The position numbers and the translations under genes were made by a program. A stretch of 37,560 nucleotides of DNA from Armatimonadota bacterium (GTDB lineage: Bacteria; Armatimonadota; Fimbriimonadia; Fimbriimonadales; GBS-DC), in assembly GCA_037445735.1 (NCBI GenBank), contig JBBIJY010000024.1:1-37560 (forward strand). Direction: 5' to 3'. A model generated the notes under the pieces. The model was not told the origin of the DNA. It did not search any database and saw only the letters and a program-made list of their open reading frames with translations. This document shows, in pieces, positions 9,939-18,270 of the stretch. Numbering within the stretch: the stretch's first letter is position 1; every line of letters starts with the position of its first letter.

Positions 9939-11157
9939 TACCTCCTGCCCACGAGATTCGGTAGATACGCCCGGTCATGTCGCAGCTGAACAGCACCGAG
10001 CCGTCGGGCGCCTCGGCGCAGTCCACAGGGCGCGCCAGCACCCGCAAATCGGGCGTGATGGTTTTGACAATTGTCAGGCTTCCGTATGGCTTGCCCGTTA
10101 CATCGTCGAACAGCACCCGCTCAATACGATACCCGTCGGGGACACGGCGGTTCCACGAGCCATGGCAGGCAGCGAACAGGTCGCCCCTGTGGTGCGGGAA
10201 GTGGTCCCGTGTCAGAAAGCAGAAGCCGTTCACCGCCCAGTGCGCCCCAAATGACCACGCAGGCGGCTCCGCACGGTCGGCTAACTCCAGAATGTCTTTG
10301 CGACGCTGATACTCGATTCGGGGCAACTTCGATGCCACGATGAACGGATGCCCGTAGAACTTGCCCTGCTGATAGTGATTGAGTTCATCGGGGGGATTGT
10401 AATCGGTGACGGGCTGGAAGCCGACGCGGTCGCCCAGCGGTCTGCCGTACCAGTCGCTGCCGTGATCCGCGCCCCAGATTTCGGAGGTGCCCGGGCGCAG
10501 GCGCAACTTCTCCGTGTTGCGGATGCCACTCACAAACAGCGTCTTGCCCGTACCATCCTTGTTGAATCGCCAGATTTTCTGGCGTTCGGTGGCGGTCTCG
10601 TCGCTGATATTGCCTGAATCGCCGATGCTGGTGTAGATGTATTGGTCCGTGACGAGAATGGAGCGCCACCAGTGCCCGCCGCCTCCTGGCAGTTTGCCTT
10701 CTGGAATGACGGTTATCACCTCGTCGGCTTTGCCGTCGCCATCGCGGTCGCGGGCTTTATGAATCGCGCCCGTTTGCGTGAACCAGAGCCAGCCGTCGGC
10801 GAACTGCATGCCATGCACCGTCGGATAGCCTTTGACGAAGGTGTTGACCACGCGGTAGCGGTTGCCCTGCGGGCGCAGGGCGAGAATATCGCCCTCCTGC
10901 GGACGGCTCACATAGAGCGTGCCCCGATCATCAAACTCCAGAAAGCGGGCGTTCTCGATGCCATCGGCAACCAGATCGACGCGATAGCCCGGTCGCACCC
11001 AGAACTCGGGCACGCCTGGTCCGCGGATTCCCTGTCTGGCGGGGGCAGGTCGGGTGCTGGGCGATCCGCCACGCGCCGAATTCCGCTGTGCTGTGAGGCA
11101 ACCCGCTATCAGCAATAACCCTGCCATACCAGCACCGATAGCAACATGCTTGCTCAT
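9919..11157 (-). CDS. Glucose/sorbosone (PQQ-dependent) dehydrogenase-like beta-propeller, possible lipoprotein
   Basis: VSGIRN, NPPDELN, FYGHP, AHWA..G, ACHGSWNR, RPVD...PDGS. Start at 11157 gives MSKH...LLLIAGC (lipobox-like). The ORF-track extension to 11490 overlaps the opposite gene. Confidence 0.85.
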   Translation of the reverse strand: MSKHVAIGAGMAGLLLIAGCLTAQRNSARGGSPSTRPAPARQGIRGPGVPEFWVRPGYRVDLVADGIENARFLEFDDRGTLYVSRPQEGDILALRPQGNRYRVVNTFVKGYPTVHGMQFADGWLWFTQTGAIHKARDRDGDGKADEVITVIPEGKLPGGGGHWWRSILVTDQYIYTSIGDSGNISDETATERQKIWRFNKDGTGKTLFVSGIRNTEKLRLRPGTSEIWGADHGSDWYGRPLGDRVGFQPVTDYNPPDELNHYQQGKFYGHPFIVASKLPRIEYQRRKDILELADRAEPPAWSFGAHWAVNGFCFLTRDHFPHHRGDLFAACHGSWNRRVPDGYRIERVLFDDVTGKPYGSLTIVKTITPDLRVLARPVDCAEAPDGSVLFSCDMTGRIYRISWAGGNDVEGR

Positions 11158-11208
11158 CACCGCAGATTCTACTCTCTCAGGCGTCGCGAGGGTATACTTA
11201 ATCCCAGC

Positions 11209-12030
11209 ATGCTCATTATTGACACGGGCAAAATCGCGAAACGGCTTCAGAGCGTGATGGACGCCCACGCCGCGGAAGTGCTGGCTGAGGTGTTCGCGGA
11301 AACCATCCAGCACGCTTTTGAACAGGATATGACCCAGCGACTGGATGCTATCCGGCGCGAGCTGGCAGAACATCGCGCTCAGACCGATCAGCGCTTCGCT
11401 GCTGTGCTGGAGGAGCTGCGCCTGCAGCGCCAGCACACAGAAGAGCAGATTAGCCTGGTACGGGAAGAGGTTGCCGAGCTGCGCCGCCACACCGATGCCC
11501 AGTTAGAGGCTTTACGCCAGCAGACCGAAGCACAGATTAGCCTGGTACGGGAAGAGGTTGCCGAGCTGCGCCGCCACACCGACGCCCAGTTCAGGGATCT
11601 GCGTGAGCAGTTAGGCGGACTTGGAATGACCGTTGGATATGCGCTGGAAGACCTCGCCTACAACTACCTGCCCGACCTGCTGCGGCAAGATTACGGGATC
11701 GAGCTGACGGAGGGGCTGGTACGAACCTTCGTCAGGGATGCTCAGGGCAACTATCTGGAGGTCAATATCTGGGGCGCGGCGCGGCGCAACGGTCAAACGC
11801 TGCAGATTGTTGGAGAAGCCAAATCGCAACTCTCTAAACGAGCGATTGACAATTTTCTCAGGGCACGGGTACAACGATTGAGCCGTGTCTACCCCAATCT
11901 GTTCCCTGTGATGGTTGCCTACATGATCAGCGAACCTGATGTATTTGAGTATGCCCAGCAGAAGGGCGTTGCGCTCTACCTGTCCTACCAGTTCCAGCCG
12001 CGTCGGCATCCCTTCCTGCCGTCTACCTGA
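11209..12030 (+). CDS. Coiled-coil protein with C-terminal PD-(D/E)XK nuclease-like domain (DUF3782-like)
   Basis: Heptad-rich middle region, then LGGLGMTVGYALED...EVNIWG...IVGEAKS. TATACT at 11193-11198 upstream of ATG 11209. Confidence 0.75.
   Translation: MLIIDTGKIAKRLQSVMDAHAAEVLAEVFAETIQHAFEQDMTQRLDAIRRELAEHRAQTDQRFAAVLEELRLQRQHTEEQISLVREEVAELRRHTDAQLEALRQQTEAQISLVREEVAELRRHTDAQFRDLREQLGGLGMTVGYALEDLAYNYLPDLLRQDYGIELTEGLVRTFVRDAQGNYLEVNIWGAARRNGQTLQIVGEAKSQLSKRAIDNFLRARVQRLSRVYPNLFPVMVAYMISEPDVFEYAQQKGVALYLSYQFQPRRHPFLPST
11446..11591 (+). repeat. In-frame tandem duplication, 87-bp (29-aa) period
   Basis: CAGATTAGCCTGGTACGGGAAGAGGTTGCCGAGCTGCGCCGCCACACCGAYGCCCAGTT at 11446 and 11533 (one mismatch). 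Confidence 0.9.
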
Positions 12031-12036
12031 AACGCT

Positions 12037-14289
12037 ATGTTCACTCGAGACCCCGCCATCTGGCGCGAGATGGGACTGAGCGATGCCGAGTACGCTCGCA
12101 TCGTGGCGCTGATGGGGCGCGAGCCGACCGACACCGAGCTGGGCATGTTCGCCGTGATGTGGTCGGAGCATTGCGGCTACAAATATTCCCGACCCGTGCT
12201 GCGTCTGTTCCGCAAATATCGTGAGGCGCTGGAGGACGCTGGCTTCGAGAACGCGGGCATTGTGCCCCTCGATGACCGTCTGGGCATCGCGATGAAGGTG
12301 GAAAGCCACAACCATCCATCGGCGGTGGAACCCCATCAGGGCGCGGCGACAGGCGTCGGGGGCATTATTCGCGACATCTTCACGATGGGTGCCCGCCCGA
12401 TTGCCATTCTCGACTCCCTGCGCTTCGGTCCACCCGACGAGCCACGCAACCGCTACCTGCTGGAGCATGTGGTGGCGGGCATCTCCAGCTATGGCAACTG
12501 CATCGGCGTGCCGACCGTGGCGGGCGAAATCTATTTTCACCCCTGCTATTCGGGCAACCCGCTGGTGAACGCGATGGCGGTTGGCGTTGTGCCGCTCTTG
12601 CGCGTCATTCCCGCCCGCGCCGATGTGCCTGGCAGCGCGGTGATGTATGTCGGCTCCAGCACGGGACGCGACGGCATCCACGGTGCCACCTTCGCCTCCG
12701 AAACGCTCGGCGAGGACCAGCAGGCAAAACGCCCCAATGTGCAGATTGGCGACCCGTTTATGGAGAAGCTGCTCATCGAAGCGACGCTGGAGGCAATCGA
12801 GACGGGCGCGATCCTGGGCATGCAGGATATGGGCGCCGCAGGGCTGACCTGCACCACCTGCGAGCCGACCGCCAAATCAGGCACCGGCGTCGATATCGAT
12901 ATCGCTCTGGTACCCACGCGCGAGCCGAACATGACGCCCTACGAGATTATGCTCTCCGAATCGCAGGAGCGGATGCTGCTCTATGTTCAGGCGGGTCGTG
13001 AAGCGGAGGTGGCGGCGGTCTATCGCAAGTGGGGACTGAACGCGGTGGTCATCGGGCGCGTGACGGACGACGGCATCGTGCGCGTGCGCCATCGGGGCGA
13101 GGTCGTGGCGGAAATCCCCGCTCGCTACCTCACGCACGAGTGCCCCACCTACTACCTGCAAACAGCAGAACCTGCCTCCTTGCGAGAGGTTCAACAGCTA
13201 TCGCTGGACGATGTGCCCCTGCCCGACGACTGGAACGATGGGCTGCTGCGCCTGCTCCGCTCGCCCAGCATCGCGAGCAAGCGGTGGGTCTACGAGCAGT
13301 ATGACTGGCTGGTGGGCACGCAGACGGTGCTGGCGCCGGGCAAAGCGGACGCGGCCGTGTTGCGCCTGCGCGAGAGCGAGAAGGGCATCGCGCTCAAAAT
13401 CGACGGCAACGGGCGCTACTGCTATCTGCATCCCTATCGGGGCGCGCAACTGATTGTGGCGGAAGCCGCCCGCAATGTCGCCTGCACGGGCGCACTGCCA
13501 CGCGCCATCACCGACTGCCTCAACTTCGGCAATCCGCAGCGCCCCGAAATCTTCTATCAGTTCGAGCAGTGCGTGCGCGGGATTGCCGACGCCGCCGAGT
13601 TTTTCGAAACGCCTGTCATCTCTGGCAATGTGAGCTTTTACAACGAGAGCGAGCAGGGGGCGGTGTTCCCGACGCCCACCATCGGCATGCTGGGCGTGCT
13701 GGAGCGGGCAGACGATTGTGTCGGCGCGGGCTTCCCGGAAGCGGGGCTGACGGTGCTGCTCGTGGAGCCGCTTCAGCCCGCGGATGACCCGCTCCAGGGC
13801 CTGGGCGGCAGTGAATATCTATCGGTGATTCACGGTCTGGAACGCGGTGTGCCGCCCGCGCTGAATCTGTCGGCGGAGAAGTCGCTCCATCGGTTTCTGG
13901 TGGAGGTGGCGCGACGGCGACTGATGCGTTCCGCGCACGACATCAGCGAAGGCGGTTTTGCCGTCGCCCTCGCCGAATCGGCGCTGATTGGCGGAGTCGG
14001 CGCATGGGTGCGGATCAATCCAGAGGGTTCAATCCGGCTCGATGCCCTGCTGTTTGGCGAATCGCCCACGCGCGTGATCCTCTCCGCCGAGCCCGATAGG
14101 GTGCCCACACTCCAGCAGTTAGCCGCGAGCTATCAACTCCGCTGCCAGAAGCTGGGCTATACTGGCGGCGACCGCCTCGTCATCACACAGGGCGACCACC
14201 TGCTGATAGACCTGCCCCTCACGCACTGCCAGCAAGCCTACGACGCTTTCCCAACCCAAATTCTTGCTCATGGTGGCGGCAACGGCTGA
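12037..14289 (+). CDS. purL: Phosphoribosylformylglycinamidine synthase subunit PurL (small form)
   Basis: MWSEHC.YK.S, KVESHNHPS, GAATGVGG, QDMGAAGL, LSESQERM, DCLNFGNP, ISGNVSFYN, AHDISEGG. Confidence 0.97.
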   Translation: MFTRDPAIWREMGLSDAEYARIVALMGREPTDTELGMFAVMWSEHCGYKYSRPVLRLFRKYREALEDAGFENAGIVPLDDRLGIAMKVESHNHPSAVEPHQGAATGVGGIIRDIFTMGARPIAILDSLRFGPPDEPRNRYLLEHVVAGISSYGNCIGVPTVAGEIYFHPCYSGNPLVNAMAVGVVPLLRVIPARADVPGSAVMYVGSSTGRDGIHGATFASETLGEDQQAKRPNVQIGDPFMEKLLIEATLEAIETGAILGMQDMGAAGLTCTTCEPTAKSGTGVDIDIALVPTREPNMTPYEIMLSESQERMLLYVQAGREAEVAAVYRKWGLNAVVIGRVTDDGIVRVRHRGEVVAEIPARYLTHECPTYYLQTAEPASLREVQQLSLDDVPLPDDWNDGLLRLLRSPSIASKRWVYEQYDWLVGTQTVLAPGKADAAVLRLRESEKGIALKIDGNGRYCYLHPYRGAQLIVAEAARNVACTGALPRAITDCLNFGNPQRPEIFYQFEQCVRGIADAAEFFETPVISGNVSFYNESEQGAVFPTPTIGMLGVLERADDCVGAGFPEAGLTVLLVEPLQPADDPLQGLGGSEYLSVIHGLERGVPPALNLSAEKSLHRFLVEVARRRLMRSAHDISEGGFAVALAESALIGGVGAWVRINPEGSIRLDALLFGESPTRVILSAEPDRVPTLQQLAASYQLRCQKLGYTGGDRLVITQGDHLLIDLPLTHCQQAYDAFPTQILAHGGGNG

Positions 14290-16322
14290 GGCGCAGGCAG
14301 GGATTGACCCGTCACGCGCGACACATACGCGCTGCCACCCATCTGACAACCGCGCTGGACATCGAGATAGTGCCGCTGAAGGGCGAAGTAGTTGCCCACT
14401 GCGCCCAGATACGCCAGCAAAAAGAGGATGCAACCCGCCCACACCGCCGACCTCAGCGCCAAGAAGCCCTCGCCCGACCGCCGATGCTGAACCAGCGCAA
14501 TCAGCAGCAGCACCACCATCAGCAGCAATACAAAGGTCAGCACGCCCAGCGCCATCTGCAGCGCATGCGGGTTGTCCAGCAGCCACTGGATGAACTGTTG
14601 CTTGCGTGAAGCTGTCGAAGTGGGGGTTGATAGCACGACAAACGCATGCGGATACGGCGAATAAAAGGTCCAGCCTGAGCTTCCCATCAGTTCCTGTCGC
14701 AGGCGGACGAGCGTCTCATGCACGATTCGGGTACCTGCATCGGACAGCACGAGGCTGAACGCGCCCACCGCCCCCAGCGCGAACAGCAGCGTCAGCAGCA
14801 CCGCGTCGGGCATGCGCAGCCAGCGGCTGACGCTGGTCAGCACGGCGCCCAGCAGGGTCAACAGCGCCAGCCACAGGCAGAACGCGCCCACCAGCGCCCA
14901 GCGATGGCTCATCGCCCGCCACCGTTCGCGAAACACCCACCACCATCCTGGATAGCCACTCAGTTGCCTGCCAAACCGCCGAAGCAGTGCCTCTGTCTGC
15001 TGATTGGTGCGCAGCTCCTTTTCGAGCCATTCCGCCTCGCGCGTGAAGCCACGCTCGCGCAGCGTGTTCAGGAAGAAGCCCCAGCGCAACGCGCTCGACG
15101 CATCACACTGCGCTCCCGACATCAGTCGGTAAGCGTACTGGCGCGTGGCTCGATCGGCTTTGTGTTCGGGCGGCGCCGTCTTTCGGGCAGGGAACAGCCC
15201 CACCAGCCGAAAGAGGTCTGCGCTCTGGCTGATCCAGTCGACAGAGCTTTGCTGATGGCGCATCTGGGCGATGGTGCGTGCCAGTGCCATGCGAATGGTC
15301 AGCCCTTTGCGCCACTCGCCACGCTCTTCGTGCGCCGCCGCCAGCCCCACAAACAGGCGGGTCGCCAGCGTATAGCAGAGGGGCAACTCGGTAGCGGTGC
15401 CTGCGAACTGCTCCGAGAACCCCTCTTCAGCGGAGCGCAAAGGATACCCTATCTGGGAATGGGTCATCAGCCTGTATTGAGCCTCGATGAACCATGCGCG
15501 ATGGTCGTTCCAGCGCGGTTTGCGAGCCGCCTCCTGCAACGCCTGAAACGCCTCCGCATCCCGCCCCAGCTCCAGCAGTGCGATTGCCCGCATCCAGGTG
15601 AAGAAGCCATTCTCTGGCTCCAGTCGCTCGCCCTCACGCGCCAGCGCCAGCACGCGCCTGCCCGCCTCCTCATTCCGCCTGTCGCCCAGATTCCAGAACT
15701 TAGCTTCCGCCCGCCCTAACTGATAAAAGAAGAGATTCTGAACCTCTTTGCGTTTCAGCCCCAGCCGATTCGCCTCAGCCAGCAGCAGGAACGCCAGCAA
15801 GCCCTTTTCCGACGGGAACCGCCGATATAACGCCCGAAGGTCAGCGACCACCTTCGGCGACAAAGGCGACCACCGTGGATTATACAAATATGGGTGATCG
15901 ATAATGATGACCAGTTGCGGCAAGGATTCGGCTTCAAAATACACATCTGGACTGGCATATCTCCATTGATTGCTCATCGCATGTTTAAGCAGGATATGGA
16001 GCGTCGCAATCTGCGCGTCGCCGGGGTGCGCCCTGAGCAGTTGTTCACACACCTGCTGGTAGGGATGAGACTCCGCCTGATGGCGCTCGGCGAAGTGCCT
16101 GTAGAAGTACAAACGCTGAGACACGATGGCAGCGATATAGTGGGCAGTAATATAAGTGATATAGTGGCTCGGATCGCGAAATCTTGCATAGAGCTCTTTG
16201 CGCTCGGTGTAGTGAGTGAGCTTCCCGGCTTGCCAGCGCACGAGGAACGCCGTGCCCGGATGCAGTGCCAGAATACCGATGCTCACCAGGAGCACCAGCG
16301 CGACAATATACAGCCAGCGCAT
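14268..16322 (-). CDS. Hypothetical membrane protein (N-terminal anchor, helical/TPR-like soluble domain, ~4 C-terminal TM helices)
   Basis: 684-aa ORF. EPENGFF..MRA...LGRD.EA TPR-like segment and hydrophobic C-terminal stretches. Confidence 0.7.
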   Translation of the reverse strand: MRWLYIVALVLLVSIGILALHPGTAFLVRWQAGKLTHYTERKELYARFRDPSHYITYITAHYIAAIVSQRLYFYRHFAERHQAESHPYQQVCEQLLRAHPGDAQIATLHILLKHAMSNQWRYASPDVYFEAESLPQLVIIIDHPYLYNPRWSPLSPKVVADLRALYRRFPSEKGLLAFLLLAEANRLGLKRKEVQNLFFYQLGRAEAKFWNLGDRRNEEAGRRVLALAREGERLEPENGFFTWMRAIALLELGRDAEAFQALQEAARKPRWNDHRAWFIEAQYRLMTHSQIGYPLRSAEEGFSEQFAGTATELPLCYTLATRLFVGLAAAHEERGEWRKGLTIRMALARTIAQMRHQQSSVDWISQSADLFRLVGLFPARKTAPPEHKADRATRQYAYRLMSGAQCDASSALRWGFFLNTLRERGFTREAEWLEKELRTNQQTEALLRRFGRQLSGYPGWWWVFRERWRAMSHRWALVGAFCLWLALLTLLGAVLTSVSRWLRMPDAVLLTLLFALGAVGAFSLVLSDAGTRIVHETLVRLRQELMGSSGWTFYSPYPHAFVVLSTPTSTASRKQQFIQWLLDNPHALQMALGVLTFVLLLMVVLLLIALVQHRRSGEGFLALRSAVWAGCILFLLAYLGAVGNYFALQRHYLDVQRGCQMGGSAYVSRVTGQSLPAPQPLPPP

Positions 16323-16335
16323 CGTCCACCTCCCG

Positions 16336-17223
16336 CTATTTTCGACGGCTCTGCCGCTGGATCGCGTCTATAAAGAAGCTTACCACCAGCGGGTAGAAGG
16401 CGTCGGGGTTGTCGAAGCGTGCCTGAGTGTGTCCGCTGCCGTCCGCCCACCAGAGCGTGCGGGGTTCGCCCGCCGCACGATAGAGTCGTTCAGCATGGCG
16501 GGGAGTGATCAGCGGGTCGTGCGTGCCGTGAATAATCAGCACGGGTCGCGGCGCGATTTTGCCAATCTGTTCTTCAGGCGCGACGCGATAGGGTGAGCGG
16601 CGCGTGATAAGCATTCCGATCCAGAGGCTCGGTTTCAACAGCCATGCCACACCCGCGCCCAGGCTGCCGCGCCACCAGTCGCGGATCGCGTCGCTCAGGC
16701 GCGCGTAGCCCGAATCGGCAATCACGGCACAAACGCGCTCATCGTCCGCTGCTGCCAGAATCGCTGCCACCGCCCCCATCGACGCGCCATAAACCACCAC
16801 GGGCAGGTCGGGCGCCTTGCCCAGCGCAAAATCGACCGCGCCCCGCACATCGAGCCGCTCCATGTCGCCAATCGTGCAGAGTCGCCCCTCGCTTTTGCCC
16901 GACGCGCGAAAATCGAATACCAGACAGTGAAAACCGTGCGGGTGCAGATGGCGGGCGATTGGCAACGGCTCACAGCGGTTCATCAGGTAGCCATGGCAGA
17001 GGATGGCAATCGCGCGCGGCTCATCAGCAGGTATCCACCAGCCGCGCAGGCGCACACCGTCCCGCGCGGGGAAGCACACCTCCTCATAGGGCAGATCGAG
17101 GTCACGCGGTGACAGGAACAGGGGCGTGCGCGGCGGACGCAACGACGCCTGCACCACCACCCAGTTGCCAATCAGCACCATTCCCAGCGCCACACCGAGC
17201 GCCATCAGCAGCGTGGTCAGCAT
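16336..17223 (-). CDS. Membrane-anchored alpha/beta hydrolase
   Basis: LCHGY, FDFRASG.S, GASMG nucleophile elbow, IHGTHD, GSGH. Confidence 0.9.
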   Translation of the reverse strand: MLTTLLMALGVALGMVLIGNWVVVQASLRPPRTPLFLSPRDLDLPYEEVCFPARDGVRLRGWWIPADEPRAIAILCHGYLMNRCEPLPIARHLHPHGFHCLVFDFRASGKSEGRLCTIGDMERLDVRGAVDFALGKAPDLPVVVYGASMGAVAAILAAADDERVCAVIADSGYARLSDAIRDWWRGSLGAGVAWLLKPSLWIGMLITRRSPYRVAPEEQIGKIAPRPVLIIHGTHDPLITPRHAERLYRAAGEPRTLWWADGSGHTQARFDNPDAFYPLVVSFFIDAIQRQSRRK

Positions 17224-17226
17224 CGC

Positions 17227-18162
17227 TTACCGCACAGTCGCCGATTCTAAGATGGTGAGCTTGCCGCGTTCGGCATCCAGCTCCGCCAGCACGCCGTAGG
17301 GCAGTGTCAGCGGGTCCTGAATGTGCCCCACCGGGAAGCCCGCCACCACCGGCTTGCCCAGCCCGCTGAAATAGTCGTCCAGCACCTCGTCGGGCGTGAG
17401 CGTGGTCTCGCCCTCCTGCACATGCTTGTCCCAGCGGGTGTCCTCACCGAAAGCGATGCCGTTGCACTGATCCCACTTGCCCGCCAGGCGCAGCTGGTTA
17501 ATCATCGAATCGAGGCGATAGGGCGGTTCGTCCACATCCTCGAGGAACACAATCGCGTTGCGCGTGTCGATCTCGTAGGGTGTGCCAAGGGAGCTGGTGA
17601 CCAGGCAGAGGCATCCGCCTGTGAGCGGTCCCTGCGCTCGCCCGCCCGTTAGGATGCGCACGGGCGCGTCCCAGTCGGGCAGCTCGCCCAGCGGTTCGGG
17701 CTGCTCCAGCGCACGCCAGAAGACCGCCATCGCATGCTCGGGGATGGGGCGCGTCATGGTGATGGGCATCGGCGCGTAGAAGCTCACCAGCCCCACATGG
17801 CGCTGGAGCCACAGGTGCAGCACAGTGATGTCGCTGTAGCCGATAAATACTTTCGGGTGCTGGCGGAACAGGTCGGGCTGGAGATACGGAATGAGCCGCG
17901 CCGCGCCGTAGCCCCCACGCGAGCAGAGCACCGCGTCCACATCATCACGCGCGAACATCGCCATCAGGTCGCGGGCGCGTTGCTCGTCGCTGCCCGCCAG
18001 ATAGCCCCGCCGCATTAGCACATGCTCGCCCAGCACAATCTTATAGCCCCGCTGATAGAACGGCTGTAGCCCCTTCTCCAGATCCGATTCACTGATGGGT
18101 CCCGACGGCGAGACCACACCGATGGTCATACCTGGCTCAATCGCTCTCGGCTTGATCAGCAT
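17227..18162 (-). CDS. LD-carboxypeptidase (peptidase S66)
   Basis: VVSPSG, RGGYG, IGYSDIT (catalytic Ser), GGCL, FLEDV.E, PVGH. Start at ATG 18162. Confidence 0.92.
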   Translation of the reverse strand: MLIKPRAIEPGMTIGVVSPSGPISESDLEKGLQPFYQRGYKIVLGEHVLMRRGYLAGSDEQRARDLMAMFARDDVDAVLCSRGGYGAARLIPYLQPDLFRQHPKVFIGYSDITVLHLWLQRHVGLVSFYAPMPITMTRPIPEHAMAVFWRALEQPEPLGELPDWDAPVRILTGGRAQGPLTGGCLCLVTSSLGTPYEIDTRNAIVFLEDVDEPPYRLDSMINQLRLAGKWDQCNGIAFGEDTRWDKHVQEGETTLTPDEVLDDYFSGLGKPVVAGFPVGHIQDPLTLPYGVLAELDAERGKLTILESATVR

Positions 18163-18171
18163 ACAGAGTCG

Positions 18172-18253
18172 ATTCGGGGCGCGAGGCGATTTGCCTGCTA
18201 TTCCGGGCAAGGCGCAGGTGAGCCGGCAGGATTCGCCCGCGCTGACGAGGTAC
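18172..18253. promoter_or_regulatory. Back-to-back SigH-like promoter motifs for the divergent LD-carboxypeptidase and aspartyl protease genes
   Basis: Minus strand 18198-18172: GCAGG-N18-GAAT, 9 nt before ATG 18162. Plus strand 18226-18253: GCAGG-N19-GTAC (weaker, overlaps TACTAT). Confidence 0.5.
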
Positions 18254-18270
18254 TATTATGCCCGGAGGTT

